From assembly GCA_963767005.1 (NCBI GenBank), contig CAVYCN010000003.1, positions 160,001 to 224,000 of the forward strand: DNA of 64,000 bases, in the 5' to 3' direction. The DNA is from an uncultured Actinomycetes bacterium. Lineage in GTDB: Bacteria > Actinomycetota > Thermoleophilia > UBA2241. The position numbers and the translations under genes are program-made. The notes under the pieces were generated by a model. It saw only the letters and a list, made by a program, of their open reading frames with translations. It was not told the origin of the DNA and did no database searches. Each line of letters begins with the position of its first letter. Positions within the stretch are counted from its first letter, which is position 1. Shown here piece after piece: positions 13,202 to 25,260 of this stretch.

Positions 13202-15480
13202 TCAGCTCTGCTGGACCGGCAGACGGCCGAAGTCGCCGAGGGCGCCGAGCAGCTCGGTCAGCTCGCGCAGCTGGGCCAGGCGGTTGGCGCGCACCGCCTG
13301 GTCCTTGTCCATGACGAGGACCTCGTCGAAGTAGCGATCGACCGGCCCGCGCAGTGCGGCGGCGGCGCACAGCGCCGCCTCGACGTCGCCGCCGGCCAGG
13401 GCCGCCTCGACGGGCCCGCGCACCTCGGCCAGAGCGTCGGCCAGGGCGTGCTCGGCCTCGTCGGCAAAGAGCGCGCGGTCGGGCGCCGCAGGCGCCGCGC
13501 CGGGATCGGTCTCGGCCTTGGCGGCCAGCGCGGCCGGGCGTGTGTAGGCGGTGACGACGTCGTTGAAGTAGGGCTCGTGTTCGACGCGCGCGAAGGCGCG
13601 CGCGAGGGCGGCCACGCGCGGCAGGTCGGCGCCGAAGGCGCGCGCGCCCAGCGCCGCCTCGACCAGCGGGAACGGCAAGCCCTCGTCGAGGAGCAGGACC
13701 TGCAGGCGTTCCCAGATGAACTCGGCGACCTCGCCCTCGGGATCGGCACCAGAAGCCGATGACGGGAGCACCGCCCGGCTTGGGTCGGCCGGCTCCGCGT
13801 ACACGCGGACCGCGGCGCTCGCCAGGGTGCGAGGCGGGATCGCCAGATCGTACTCGAGAGCGATACGGACGATACCCATGGCGGCGCGGCGCAGCCCGTA
13901 CGGGTCGCGCGAGCCCGAGGGCTTCTCGCCGGCCAGCCAGGCGCCGACGATGTTGTCGATCTTCTCGGCTGTGGCGACGAGCCCGCCAGCCAGCGTCCCG
14001 GGCACCGGCGCCGCCGCCGAGAGCGGCTGGTAGTGATCCGCGATCGCCTGCGCGATCGCGGGTGACGCGCCGGCCTTCTCGGCGTAGATGCCACCGACGC
14101 GGCCCTGCAGGCTGGGGAACTCGATCACGACCTGGCTCACCAGGTCGGCCTTGGCGAACTTGGCGGCGACCACGGCTGCCGGCAGCTCGCCGGTGACGCG
14201 CGCCGTGAGACCCTGGTCGGCCGCCGCGGCGACCGGCTCGCGATCGGCGGGTCCGCCGACCCATCCGGCCAGCCAGCTCGTGAGGGCGACCAGGCGCGCC
14301 GACTTGTCGGCGAGCGAGCCCAGCCTGGCGTGGAAGACGACCTCGCCCAGCCTCGAGGCCATGGCCTCGAGGCCCTCGGCGAGGTCGCGGTCGTACGAGA
14401 ACTCGGCGTCGTCGAGGCGGCCTTCGAGCACGCGCTCGTTGCCCCGTGTGACCAGCTTGGCGGCCTCCGGATCGGCGTTGGAGACGTAGAGGAACGCCGG
14501 CAGCAGGCGGCCGCCCTGGTCTTCGACCGGCCAGTAGCGCTGATGGCTCTGCATGGCCGTGATCAGGACATCGTCGGGCAGGCGCAGGTGGCGCTCGTCG
14601 AAGGCGCCGGCGTGTACGCTGGGCCACTCGGCCAGGTAGATGTTCTCCTCGAGGACGCCGGCCGGGTCAGACCAGCGCACCGTCCCGCTTGCGGAGCTCC
14701 CGCCGACCCTGGCGGCGGCCGCGTCGAGGCCCTCGACGATGAGGCGGCGGCGCTCGTCCTGATCGGCGATCACATGCTGCTCGCGCAGGTGCCGCTCGTA
14801 GTGGCTCGCGTGGTCGACGATCAGCGGGCGGCCGAGCACGCGATGGCCCTGGGTGACGGCGCCGGCGTGCAGGTCGTAAAAGTCGAAGGGCACCGGCTGG
14901 CCGGCGAAGATGCAGACCAGCCAGCGCAGCGGCCGCGAGAAGCGCAGGTACTCGTCGGCGCCGGCCGGACGCGCGCCCCAGCGCATGCCGCGCGGGATCT
15001 GCAGCGAGGTGATCAGGCGGCGGCAGGTGTCGGGCAGCACGCGCTCGGCGCCGCGGCGCTCGGCCTCGATCACGGCGACCACGAACTCGGTGCCATCGAC
15101 CGTCTCGCGCCCCAGGGTGGCCGGCGTGAGGCCCTTGCCGCGGGCGAAGCCTTCGCCGGCCCTGGTGGGCGCGCCGTCGGGCCCGAAGGCCACGTCGGCG
15201 CGCGGCCCGCGGTGGCGCAGTGTCTGCGCCGTCTGCTCGCGGGGCACGTCCTTGACCCACACGGCGACGCGCCGCGGCGCCACCATCACCTTGAGACGCG
15301 TCTCGGCGAACACGACCGGATCGGCGGCGTCGCCGAGACCGACCAGCCGCTCCGCGGCCAGCGCCTCGTAAACCAGGCCGGGCGCCTCGGCGGTGCCGGC
15401 GCCGCGAAGCTGGGCAAGCACCGACAGGCAGGTGCGGTAGGGCAGCTCCTCGACGCCGATCTCGAACAGCCAGCCAGCCG

Positions 15481-15484
<4 letters not shown>
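13202..15484 (-). CDS. glyS: Glycine--tRNA ligase beta subunit
   Basis: [30 protein letters not shown]; GTG start overlaps the glyQ stop. Confidence 0.96.
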
Positions 15485-16503
<1,019 letters not shown>

Positions 16504-16527
16504 GACCGCTCCAAATCGGGACTGAGG

Positions 16528-16536
16528 ATTCTATCA
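16528..16536 (-). promoter_or_regulatory. Extended -10 element for glyQS
   Basis: TGATAGAAT about 25 nt upstream of the glyQ ATG. Confidence 0.55.
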
Positions 16537-16811
16537 GATGGGCTGCGCGCCGGGGCGTATCGGCCGAGGGCCGTGACGAGCCCCGCGACGCGCGGCGCCG
16601 GTGATCCGCGACGCGCGGCGCCGGGGCCGCGCGCGGCGGCGTCCTGGCGGACGCCGCCGCCGTCCGTCGCCACGTCTGGCGACGGGAACTCACGGGCGCA
16701 GACACGCACGGATCGTGCTCGAAACCGGCGCCCGGCGCCAACACCCGGCCGCGGCGGCTCCGGAGGGCGTCGTATACTTCCAGGCTGCGGCAACCACACA
16801 GGGGGGGAGTC

Positions 16812-18275
16812 ATGGTCCGTCACCGTCTCGCCACGCTCGTCTGCGCGTCGGTCGCGGCTGCAGCGGCGTTCGCCGTCGTGAGCGCGGGCGCGGCTGCACC
16901 GGCCCGCGCCGCAGGCTTGCCGGCCGTCGCCGCGACGCTCGGCGCCCCGTCCCTCGCCGCCACCGCCCTGCCGCCGCGCGGCGTCTGGGCGCTCGCCACC
17001 GGCCCGACCATCGACGCCGAGAGCTGGGTCGACGTGGCCAGCGGCCCCGACGGGACGCTCTACGCCACCGGCTCCTTCGGCGCGAGCGCCACGGCCGGCG
17101 ACATCATGGTCGCCGAGTTCAGCGCCGACGACGCCGCGAGCGACCACCTGCTCTGGAGCGACGTCTGGGACAACCCGACGGAGCACCTCGTCGACCAGGC
17201 CAGCGCCCTCGCCGTCGACCACACCGGCGCCCTGATTGTCGCCGGCACGTCGCAGAGCGCCACCGACGGCCGCGAGTGGGTCGTCGTCAAATGGACCGCC
17301 GCGCACGCCGTGGCCTGGCAGACCGTGATCCCGGCGCACGCGGGCGCCGCCTGGTCGGCGAGCGCGAGCGACGTCGCCTGCGACGCCGCCGGCGACGTGT
17401 ACGTGTGCGGCACGGCGCAGACCGGCACCGCGGGCGGCAAGCCGGTCTCGTCGCTCGTCGTGCGCAAGCTGAGTGGCGCCGACGGCCACGTGGTCTGGAC
17501 GCGCGCCTACGCGGGCGCCCCGCACAGCACGAACTGGGGCCTGCGCCTCGCGCTCGGCACGACCGGCGACCTGTACTGCACGGGTTTCGGCGGCAGCGTG
17601 CACGGCGACCCCGACATGCTCGTCTGCCGCTTGAGCACGGCCAGCGGTCGCCTGGTCTGGCTCTCCCGCCTCGCCGACGCCCGTCGCCTCAAAGACGAGG
17701 GCGTCGCCCTGGCGCTACGCGGCACGCACCTCTGGGTGACCGGCTTCGAGACGACGAGCGCTGCGAGCCGCGTCGCCGTGCTGGCCAAGTACACGCTCGG
17801 CGGCCACCGTCTCTGGCTGCGCACGTGGCTCGAGATGCCCAGGACGTTCGAGGACCCGACCGGGCTCACCGTCGACCGCCACGGCAACGCGGTCGTGGTC
17901 GGCGCCGGCTTTCCAAACCCCGCCACGCGCGAGCACGCCTTCGTCCTTCACTACGACCCGAGCGGTCGCCTCACGTGGCGCAGCATCGCCTTCGACCCGA
18001 TCAGCCACAAGGCGGCCTGGTACGGCGTGGTCGGCGACGGCAGCGGCCGCGTCTGGACGGTCGGGGCGGTGCCGGCCGGCGGCTCGACCGCGCTCGCCGT
18101 CGCGCGCTACGCCGCAAACGGCGTCAACGGCTGGCACAGCGTCTGGGCGGGCGCCGACGGCCTCGGCGCCTCGGGCAACGTCATCTGCCTGGCGAACGGC
18201 GGCGTGTTCGTCGGCGGCGCCGTGGTCACCAACGCCGGCGGCGTCGACGCGCTCGCGGTCAAGCTGACCCGGTAG
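16812..18275 (+). CDS. Secreted beta-propeller repeat protein (SBBP/delta-60-like)
   Basis: Signal peptide; repeated LAVDxxGxxxVxG...KxxxxGxxxW blades; GGGGGAG RBS; TATACT at 16773. Confidence 0.8.
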   Translation: MVRHRLATLVCASVAAAAAFAVVSAGAAAPARAAGLPAVAATLGAPSLAATALPPRGVWALATGPTIDAESWVDVASGPDGTLYATGSFGASATAGDIMVAEFSADDAASDHLLWSDVWDNPTEHLVDQASALAVDHTGALIVAGTSQSATDGREWVVVKWTAAHAVAWQTVIPAHAGAAWSASASDVACDAAGDVYVCGTAQTGTAGGKPVSSLVVRKLSGADGHVVWTRAYAGAPHSTNWGLRLALGTTGDLYCTGFGGSVHGDPDMLVCRLSTASGRLVWLSRLADARRLKDEGVALALRGTHLWVTGFETTSAASRVAVLAKYTLGGHRLWLRTWLEMPRTFEDPTGLTVDRHGNAVVVGAGFPNPATREHAFVLHYDPSGRLTWRSIAFDPISHKAAWYGVVGDGSGRVWTVGAVPAGGSTALAVARYAANGVNGWHSVWAGADGLGASGNVICLANGGVFVGGAVVTNAGGVDALAVKLTR

Positions 18276-18311
18276 GCGCCGCGACGAGGGCCCGGCCGCG
18301 GAGCGGACGCC

Positions 18312-19052
18312 CTACCGCGCCTGGGCGAAGCGCAGCGCCCGCAGCCGGGCGCCGGTCTCGTGCATGTAGAGCTGATGGATGTGGCGCAGCGCCTCTTCAG
18401 CCCCGGGGGCGCGGTCCTGCGCGCGCAGCTCGGCGAGCGGCAGCTCGACCGAGCCGCGCATGGCCGCGACCGCCTCGGGGCTCACCGGCACACCCTCGGC
18501 GACCGAGCATTCGCAGACGAGGCCGCCGAGCGACGCCGAGAAGGCGAGCGCGAGGCCGGTCGAGCCGCAGCGCGCGCATTGGTCGAGCACCGGCAGGTAG
18601 CCGGCCTCGTGCAGCAGCTTCATGAGCACGCCGAGCACGAGCGGCGCCGAGCGCGCCGGGCCGTCGAAGCCACGGTCGATCTCGGCCAGAGCGTGCGTCA
18701 GCAGGTTGAACACCCGATCGTGGCGCTCCTCTTCGCCGAACAGCCCGGCGACCGCCTCGCAGGCCAGGGCGGCGGCCGTCATGGCTTCGCGATCCTCGCG
18801 CAGCCATAGGAACGCGGCCACGAGCTGGGCCGATGTGATCGTGTACAGCGAGCGGCCGCGAAACATGACGAGGTCGACCACGCCGAACGGCTCCAGGCGG
18901 CCGCCCCAGCGCGACTTGGTGCGACGCACCCCCTTGACCACCGCGTCGAGGCGGCCGAGCTCACGGCTGAACAGTGAGACGATGCGATCGGCCTCGCCGA
19001 GCGGCCGGCTCGACAGCACCACTCCCCGCGTCTTCTCGTACCGGCTCGACAT
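18312..19052 (-). CDS. recO: DNA repair protein RecO
   Basis: LGEADRIV, KGVRRTKSRWGGRLEPF, CARC...CEC zinc motif. Confidence 0.95.
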   Translation of the reverse strand: MSSRYEKTRGVVLSSRPLGEADRIVSLFSRELGRLDAVVKGVRRTKSRWGGRLEPFGVVDLVMFRGRSLYTITSAQLVAAFLWLREDREAMTAAALACEAVAGLFGEEERHDRVFNLLTHALAEIDRGFDGPARSAPLVLGVLMKLLHEAGYLPVLDQCARCGSTGLALAFSASLGGLVCECSVAEGVPVSPEAVAAMRGSVELPLAELRAQDRAPGAEEALRHIHQLYMHETGARLRALRFAQAR

Positions 19053-19055
19053 CGG

Positions 19056-20018
19056 TCACTCGCGCTCGCGGGCCGCGACGACGCGCGGCCGGCCGCCGAG
19101 GTCGTCGCGCACCTCGACCGGCTCGTAGCGGCCGGCCGCCCGGAAGATCTCGACCACCGCGGTCGCCCGGCTCTCGGCGATCTCGACGGCGAGGAACCCG
19201 CCGGGCGCGAGGAACGGCGTCGCCGCCGGCACGATACGCCGGTAGAAGTCGAGGCCGTCGGGACCGCCCAGCAGCGCGACGGCGGGCTCGAAGGCGTGCA
19301 CGTCGGGCGGCGTCGCGGCGAGCTCGTGGTCGGCCACGTACGGCGGGTTCGAGACGATGAGGTCGAACAGCGAGCCCGGCGGCACGTCGGCGAACAGATC
19401 GCTCGCCAGGAACCGGCAGCGGGCCGCGAGGCCGAGCCGCTCGGCGTTCAGGCGGGCCTGCTCGAGCGCCCGGGCCTGCACGTCGATCCCCACGGCGATG
19501 ACGTCGGCGCGGGCGTGGACGATCGCCAGGGCGACCACGCCGCTGCCGGTGCCCACGTCGAGCACCCGCAGCGGCGCCATCTGGCCGGGCCCGCCGCGCC
19601 AGCGGGACGGCGACCCGTCGCCGGCCCCGGGATCGACCCCGTGGGTCTCGAGCCGGCGGCCGGCGGCCAAGACGGCCAGCTTCTCGAGGGCGACCTCGAC
19701 GAGCGTCTCGGTCTCGGGACGCGGGATGAGCGTGTCCGGCGTCACGCCGACCTCGATCTCATGGAACGCCTTCACGCCGGTGAGATAGGCGACCGGCTCG
19801 TGGGCGGCGCGGCGCGACACGAGCTCGTGCAGCGCGCGCCGCTCGTCGGCGGTGAGCACCCGCTCGGGCTCGGCGTAGAGGCGTTCGCGCCGCAGGCCGA
19901 GGACGTGAGCGAGGAGGATCTCGACGTCGAGGCGCGGCGACGCTGAGCTCGCCTGCAGCCGCCGCGCCTCGCTCGCGAGCGCGCGACGCACGGTGCGCGG
20001 CCGCGTCGGGTCGGTCAT
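19056..20018 (-). CDS. prmC: Release factor glutamine methyltransferase
   Basis: [29 protein letters not shown]; ATGA overlap with prfA. Confidence 0.96.
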   Translation of the reverse strand: MTDPTRPRTVRRALASEARRLQASSASPRLDVEILLAHVLGLRRERLYAEPERVLTADERRALHELVSRRAAHEPVAYLTGVKAFHEIEVGVTPDTLIPRPETETLVEVALEKLAVLAAGRRLETHGVDPGAGDGSPSRWRGGPGQMAPLRVLDVGTGSGVVALAIVHARADVIAVGIDVQARALEQARLNAERLGLAARCRFLASDLFADVPPGSLFDLIVSNPPYVADHELAATPPDVHAFEPAVALLGGPDGLDFYRRIVPAATPFLAPGGFLAVEIAESRATAVVEIFRAAGRYEPVEVRDDLGGRPRVVAARERE

Positions 20019-21139
20019 GTCTCGGTGGTCACGCTGGCGAGCTGCTTGCGCCGGTCCTCGGCGGCCAGAGCCTCGGTGAACTCGTCGAGGTCGCCCTCGA
20101 GTACGGCCGCCAGGCGGTGCGAAGTCAGACCGACGCGTCCGTCGGTCACGCGATTCTGCGGGAAGTTGTAGGTACGGATCTTCTGGGCGCGGTCGCCGGT
20201 GCCGACCATGCTGCGGCGCTGGGCGGCGAGCTCCTTGTCCTGCTCGGCCTGGGCGATGTCGAACAGCCGGGCGCGCAAGATGCGCAGCGCCTGCTCTTTG
20301 TTCTGGAGCTGGCTCTTCTCGTCCTGGCAGCTCACTACGAGGCCGCTCGGCAAGTGGGTGATGCGCACCGCCGAGTCGGTCGTGTTGACCGACTGGCCGC
20401 CGGGGCCGCTCGAGCGGAAGATGTCGATGCGCAGCTCGTTCGGGTCGATCTGCACCTCGACCTCTTCGGCCTCGGGCAGCACGGCGACCGTGGCCGTCGA
20501 GGTGTGGATGCGGCCCTGCGACTCGGTCACCGGCACGCGCTGCACGCGGTGCACGCCGCCCTCGTATTTGAAGGTCGAGTAGGCGCCGCGGCCGCGCACC
20601 TCGAAGATGATCTCCTTGTAGCCGCCCGACTCCGACTCGGACTTGGAGAGCTCCTCGACCTCGTAGCCCTTCTTCTCGGCGTAGCGGTAGAGCATGCGGT
20701 AGAGGTCGCCGGCAAAGAGGGCGGCCTCGTCGCCGCCGGTGCCGGCGCGGATCTCGATGATGACGTCTTTGGCGTCGTTAGGGTCGCGGGCGAGCATCTG
20801 CGCGCGGATCTCCTCGGCGAGCTCGGTCAGTCGGCGACGGCTCTCGTAGAGCTCCTGCTGCAGGTAGGCGCGCATCTCGTCGTCGACCTCGCCGGCGCCC
20901 GAGCCGCCGCTGTCGGAGTCGCCGTCGGCGCCGAGCATCTCCTCGGCGTCGGCGATACCGCGCTCGGCCTCGCGGTACTGCAGCGCGAGGGCGTGCGCCT
21001 CGGAGAGCTCGGCGTGGCGGCGCGCCGCCGCCGCGTAGCGGGCGCGGTCGGCCAGCAGCTCGGAGTCGGAGAGCTGCTCGGTGAGCTCGGCGTAGGAACG
21101 CTCGATCTCGTCGATCAATCTGTCGGTCACGTCGGCCAT
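20015..21139 (-). CDS. prfA: Peptide chain release factor 1
   Basis: PVT specificity motif (RVPVTE), [13 protein letters not shown]. Confidence 0.98.
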   Translation of the reverse strand: MADVTDRLIDEIERSYAELTEQLSDSELLADRARYAAAARRHAELSEAHALALQYREAERGIADAEEMLGADGDSDSGGSGAGEVDDEMRAYLQQELYESRRRLTELAEEIRAQMLARDPNDAKDVIIEIRAGTGGDEAALFAGDLYRMLYRYAEKKGYEVEELSKSESESGGYKEIIFEVRGRGAYSTFKYEGGVHRVQRVPVTESQGRIHTSTATVAVLPEAEEVEVQIDPNELRIDIFRSSGPGGQSVNTTDSAVRITHLPSGLVVSCQDEKSQLQNKEQALRILRARLFDIAQAEQDKELAAQRRSMVGTGDRAQKIRTYNFPQNRVTDGRVGLTSHRLAAVLEGDLDEFTEALAAEDRRKQLASVTTET

Positions 21140-21289
21140 GCGGTGTGTGTCATCGTCGTGGGATCCTCATCGCGAGGACCCGGCGTCGTTCGAGGGATCG
21201 GCGGGCCGGACGCGGCGCCTGTGCTCGCCCTGGCCGGGCAGGGCCGGCCTGCGCCGCGCCCTCGCCCCGAGTCCTTCGGCCCTGTCGTG

Positions 21290-21295
21290 ATTATA
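21290..21295 (-). promoter_or_regulatory. -10 box upstream of prfA
   Basis: Perfect TATAAT in a very GC-rich intergenic region; no well-spaced -35 seen. Confidence 0.55.
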
Positions 21296-21402
21296 CCTGC
21301 GGGTACGACCGACAAGCTCTGAGCGGCCCGGCCGGCCGAGGACACCGCGCCGGCGAGGACCCTGCGCCGACCACTGACCCGCGTCCCGCGCCGGCCGAAG
21401 GC

Positions 21403-23464
21403 CTACGAGGGCGAGTCGGCCGGTAGCGGCGGACCGAGCGGCGGGCCCAGCTTGCCCGGCCGCTGGGCCGGGTGCGAGTGGCGGCCCTCCTCGGCCGCGC
21501 TGCGCTGGCGGGCCTTCTGGTCTTTGGCGGCAAAGACCTCCTCGGCCGGGGTGCCGCCAAGCAGCGCCTCGAACTCCTCGCGTTCGATCGTCTCGCGCTC
21601 GATCAGGATGGCGGCCACGCTGTCGAGCTGGCTGCGATGCTCGCCCAGCACGCCGCGGGCACGCTCGTGGGCATCGGCGATGATGCGCCTGATCTCCTCG
21701 TCGATCGCGCGGGCGATCTCCTCGGAGTAGTCGGGCTCCTGGTTGAAGTCTCTACCTAGGAAGGGCATCGCCTGGTTGTGGCCCAAGGTGCGCGGCCCGA
21801 GCAGCTCGCTCATGCCGTAGCGCATGATCATCTGCTTGGCGGTGTCGGTGGCCTTCTCCAAGTCGTTGGCGGCCCCGGTCGTGATCTCGGCAAAGACGAT
21901 CTCCTCGGCGGCCCGGCCGCCCAGGGTCATCGCCAGGGTGTCGTTTAACTCGCCCATCGTGGTCAGGAACTTATCCTCGGAGGGCAGCGAGATGGTAAAG
22001 CCCAAGGCGGCGCCGCGGGAGACGATCGAGATCTTGTGGACCGGGTCGGTGTGTTCCAGGTAGTGGGCCACCAGGGCGTGGCCCATCTCGTGGTAGGCGG
22101 TGATGCGGCGCTCGCGCTCGGAGAGCAGGCGGCTCTTCTTCTCGGGGCCGGCCAGCACGCGCATGATGCCCTCTTCGCACTCGGCCTGATCGATCGTCTT
22201 GCGGCCGTGCCGTGCGGCCAGCAGGGCGGCCTCGTTGACCAAGTTGGCCAGATCGGCGCCGGTGAAGCCCGGGGTCTGGGCGGCCAGGGTGTCTGAGATC
22301 CACGCCCTTGGCCAGCGGCTTACCGCGGGTGTGGACGGCAAGGATCGCCTGCCTTCCGATGCGGTCGGGGCGATCGACCACGATCTGGCGGTCGAAGCGG
22401 CCCGGGCGCAGCAGGGCGGGGTCCAAGATGTCGGGGCGGTTGGTGGCGGCGATCAGGATGATGTTGTCCTTCATCTCAAAGCCGTCCATCTCGACCAGGA
22501 GCTGGTTCAGGGTCTGCTCGCGCTCGTCGTTACCGCCGCCAAAGCCGGCGCCTCTGTGGCGCCCGACGGCGTCGATCTCGTCCATGAAGACGATGCAGGG
22601 GCTCTGCGCCTTGGCCTGGGCAAAGAGGTCCCTGACCCGCGAGGCGCCGACCCCGACGAACATCTCGACGAAGTCGGAGCCGGAGATGGAAAAGAAGGGC
22701 ACCCCGGCCTCACCGGCCACGGCGCGGGCCAGCAGCGTCTTGCCGGTGCCGGGCGGGCCGTAGAGCAGCACGCCCTTGGGGATGCGGGCGCCGAGCTGCT
22801 GGAACTTGCGCGGGTTCTCTAAGAACTCCTTGATCTCCTGGAGCTCCTCGACGGTCTCGTCGATGCCGGCCACATCGGCGAAGGTCACCTTGGGGGCATC
22901 GGGGGAGACCTGCTTGGCGCGGCTTTTGGCAAAGCCCATGACGCGGCTGCCGCCGCTGCCCATGCGGCGCATCATGAAGGCAAAGAAGACGACGATCAGC
23001 AGCAGCGGCAAGAGCAGGGTGAGCAGGCTGCCCCACGAGGTGCCGCCGCTCTTGGCGGTGACGGCCACGCCGGGGTGGGCGGCGAGCAGCTGGGCGAGCA
23101 GGGTCGAGTCGGGGTAGGAGATCGTGTAGGGGGTGCCGCCGGCCGGGATCACGGCGATCGTCTGGGCGCTGGTGTCGACGGTGACGGAGCGCACCTGGCC
23201 GGCCTGGAGCTGGGCGACGAAGCTGCTCGGCCCGCCCGCGTAGGTGTGTGTGTTCGGCACGACGTCGGCGGTCGTCGTGGTCCTCAGCAGCTCGACCGAG
23301 TGACGCGCGTAGTAGGCGTGCGGCTGCGCCGCGGAGCCTCGCTCGGCGACGACCGCGAGAGGAAAAGCGACCGCCAGCGCGGCGACGGCAATGAGCGTCA
23401 CGACGAAGCCGCGCCGCTGGCGGCCGCCGCGTCCTTCAGGCAACGGTCCGTGTATCGAGCCCAC
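21403..23464 (-). pseudogene. ftsH: FtsH ATP-dependent zinc protease with a +1 frameshift near 22294 (pseudogene or sequence error)
   Basis: N-terminal half has [27 protein letters not shown]; C-terminal half has [20 protein letters not shown]; junction reads GAT CTC A GAC ACC CTG. Confidence 0.9.
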
Positions 23465-23683
23465 GATACCTCGTCTCGTTCGATCACCGGTGGAGGTGGC
23501 GACGCAGCCAGCGGCCGCAGCGCACCCGCACTTCACTTCTACCCGCGCGCCCGCGGCACAAGCCGCTCGAAACGGCGAGGGGCCGGCAGGTGCCGGCCCC
23601 TCGCCACGTTCGTTCGACCGCGCCGTCGTCGCTTGCAAGGACGGCGCGACCTCGTCGTGCCCTGTGCGGCTCTCGCGCCGCCT

Positions 23684-25183
23684 CTAGCGTCCGCTCACGG
23701 CCGGCCCGGTGCTCGGGTCGCGAGCCCCTGCGGCGCTCATCGAGAGCCCCTCCTCGGCGGCGAGCAGCTCGCCCGCCCGCCTGGCGACGCCGGGGCGCAG
23801 CAGGATGTAGACGACGCCGATCGCGATCCACACGATGAAGAAGATCGGCAGCTTCCAGTTCGCCCCCGTCGGATACGGATAGACGTTGCGGTAGATCGTG
23901 TAGATCAGCACCGCGAGCGCCAGGATCGGGATGACGATCTCCCAGGTGCGCACGACCTTGCGACCCGAGAAGAACAGGATGCGGATGGCGCCGATCGTGG
24001 CGAGCACGTAGACCACGAGCAGGATGAGCGTGCCGATCACGCCCGACCAGACGAACTCGTCGAACGGCTTGGCCTTCCAAATGGTCGCGAAGAGCACGAC
24101 CATGATGAACGCGCCGACCGTGACGGCGATCGTGGCCGGCACCGGGGTGCCGCGCTTGGCCGACACGCCGGCGAGCGACTTGGGGCCGACCCCGTCGCGG
24201 CTCAGCGCGTAGAGGATGCGCGAGGCGCCGACCGTGCAGGCGAGCACGCAGCCGAAGGCGCTGATCGAGGTGCCGAGGGTGATGATGTCGCCGACCCAGC
24301 CGGCGATGAACTTGCTGCCGAGGTCGCCGAGCAGCGTGCCCGAGCTGATGAAGGCCTGCACGCCCTTGGCGCTCGTACCGAAGCCCATCATCTCGACGGC
24401 GGTCACGAACACGAAGTAGACGCCGCCGAAGATCGCCACGCCGAGGATGGCGCGCGGGATGTCCTTGTGGGGCTGCTTGCTCTCCTCACCGAGGGTCGAG
24501 GCCGCCTCGAAGCCGGCGAACGACAGAAAGCCGAACACGGCGCCGAGGGCGATGACCGAGCCCGACGTGCCGTGCGGCACGCTGAAGACGCTCCAGGTGA
24601 AGCTCGTATGGGTGGGAGCCGTGTGGTTGAGCAGCTTCACGAGGATGGTGACGCTCACGATCAGGATGAGGGCCACGGTGCTGCCCTCGACCGCCAGCAG
24701 CACGGCGGTGGCCCGCTTGGCCGGCGAGATCGCGAGGTACCAGGCGCCCACGATGGCGATGGCGCCGAACAGAAAGCCGCTCCACGTCGGCGGGCTGTGC
24801 CAGATGCCGACCTCACCGAGGAACGACGCGAAGAAGATGCCGGCCGCCATGCCGGTGACGATCACGTAGAAACCGTAGGTGCCGATCAGCGACCAGCCCG
24901 ACACGACACCGGCGCGCGGGCCCAGAATGGCGCCGACGAAGCCGTACACCGAGCCGGCGTGGTGGAACTGCTGGCACAGCCGCACGAAGGTGTAGGCCAC
25001 GAGCAGCACGCCGATCGTCGCCAGGACGAAGGCGAGCGGCACGGCCCGCCCCACGGTCGTGGCGGCGCCCTGCGGGTTGATGTTGGCCGCCATCGACGGC
25101 GCCATCAGCGCCAGGGAGATACCGATCGCGGCCCAGATGGAGAGCTCCCTGCGAAGCCGAGGCCCTTGTGTCAAGTCCGTCAT
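23684..25183 (-). CDS. APC family amino acid/amine permease
   Basis: About 12 TM helices; AGSVY, SFAGFEAASTLGEE, SRILYALSRDG. Confidence 0.92.
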   Translation of the reverse strand: MTDLTQGPRLRRELSIWAAIGISLALMAPSMAANINPQGAATTVGRAVPLAFVLATIGVLLVAYTFVRLCQQFHHAGSVYGFVGAILGPRAGVVSGWSLIGTYGFYVIVTGMAAGIFFASFLGEVGIWHSPPTWSGFLFGAIAIVGAWYLAISPAKRATAVLLAVEGSTVALILIVSVTILVKLLNHTAPTHTSFTWSVFSVPHGTSGSVIALGAVFGFLSFAGFEAASTLGEESKQPHKDIPRAILGVAIFGGVYFVFVTAVEMMGFGTSAKGVQAFISSGTLLGDLGSKFIAGWVGDIITLGTSISAFGCVLACTVGASRILYALSRDGVGPKSLAGVSAKRGTPVPATIAVTVGAFIMVVLFATIWKAKPFDEFVWSGVIGTLILLVVYVLATIGAIRILFFSGRKVVRTWEIVIPILALAVLIYTIYRNVYPYPTGANWKLPIFFIVWIAIGVVYILLRPGVARRAGELLAAEEGLSMSAAGARDPSTGPAVSGR

Positions 25184-25224
25184 CTCTGCCCCCTTTCTCT
25201 TCTGCACGTCACGGACATCCAGCG

Positions 25225-25260
25225 GATGGGGCGCGCTCGGGCGCCGCCCCGCGCCCCATC
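25225..25260. other. Intergenic stem-loop between the M20 and permease genes
   Basis: 11-bp inverted repeat GATGGGGCGCG ... CGCGCCCCATC. Confidence 0.55.

Noticed and set aside
16504-16811. T-box riboswitch upstream of glyQS
   Set aside because: No T-box consensus or terminator; a -10 box lies only about 25 nt from the start codon.
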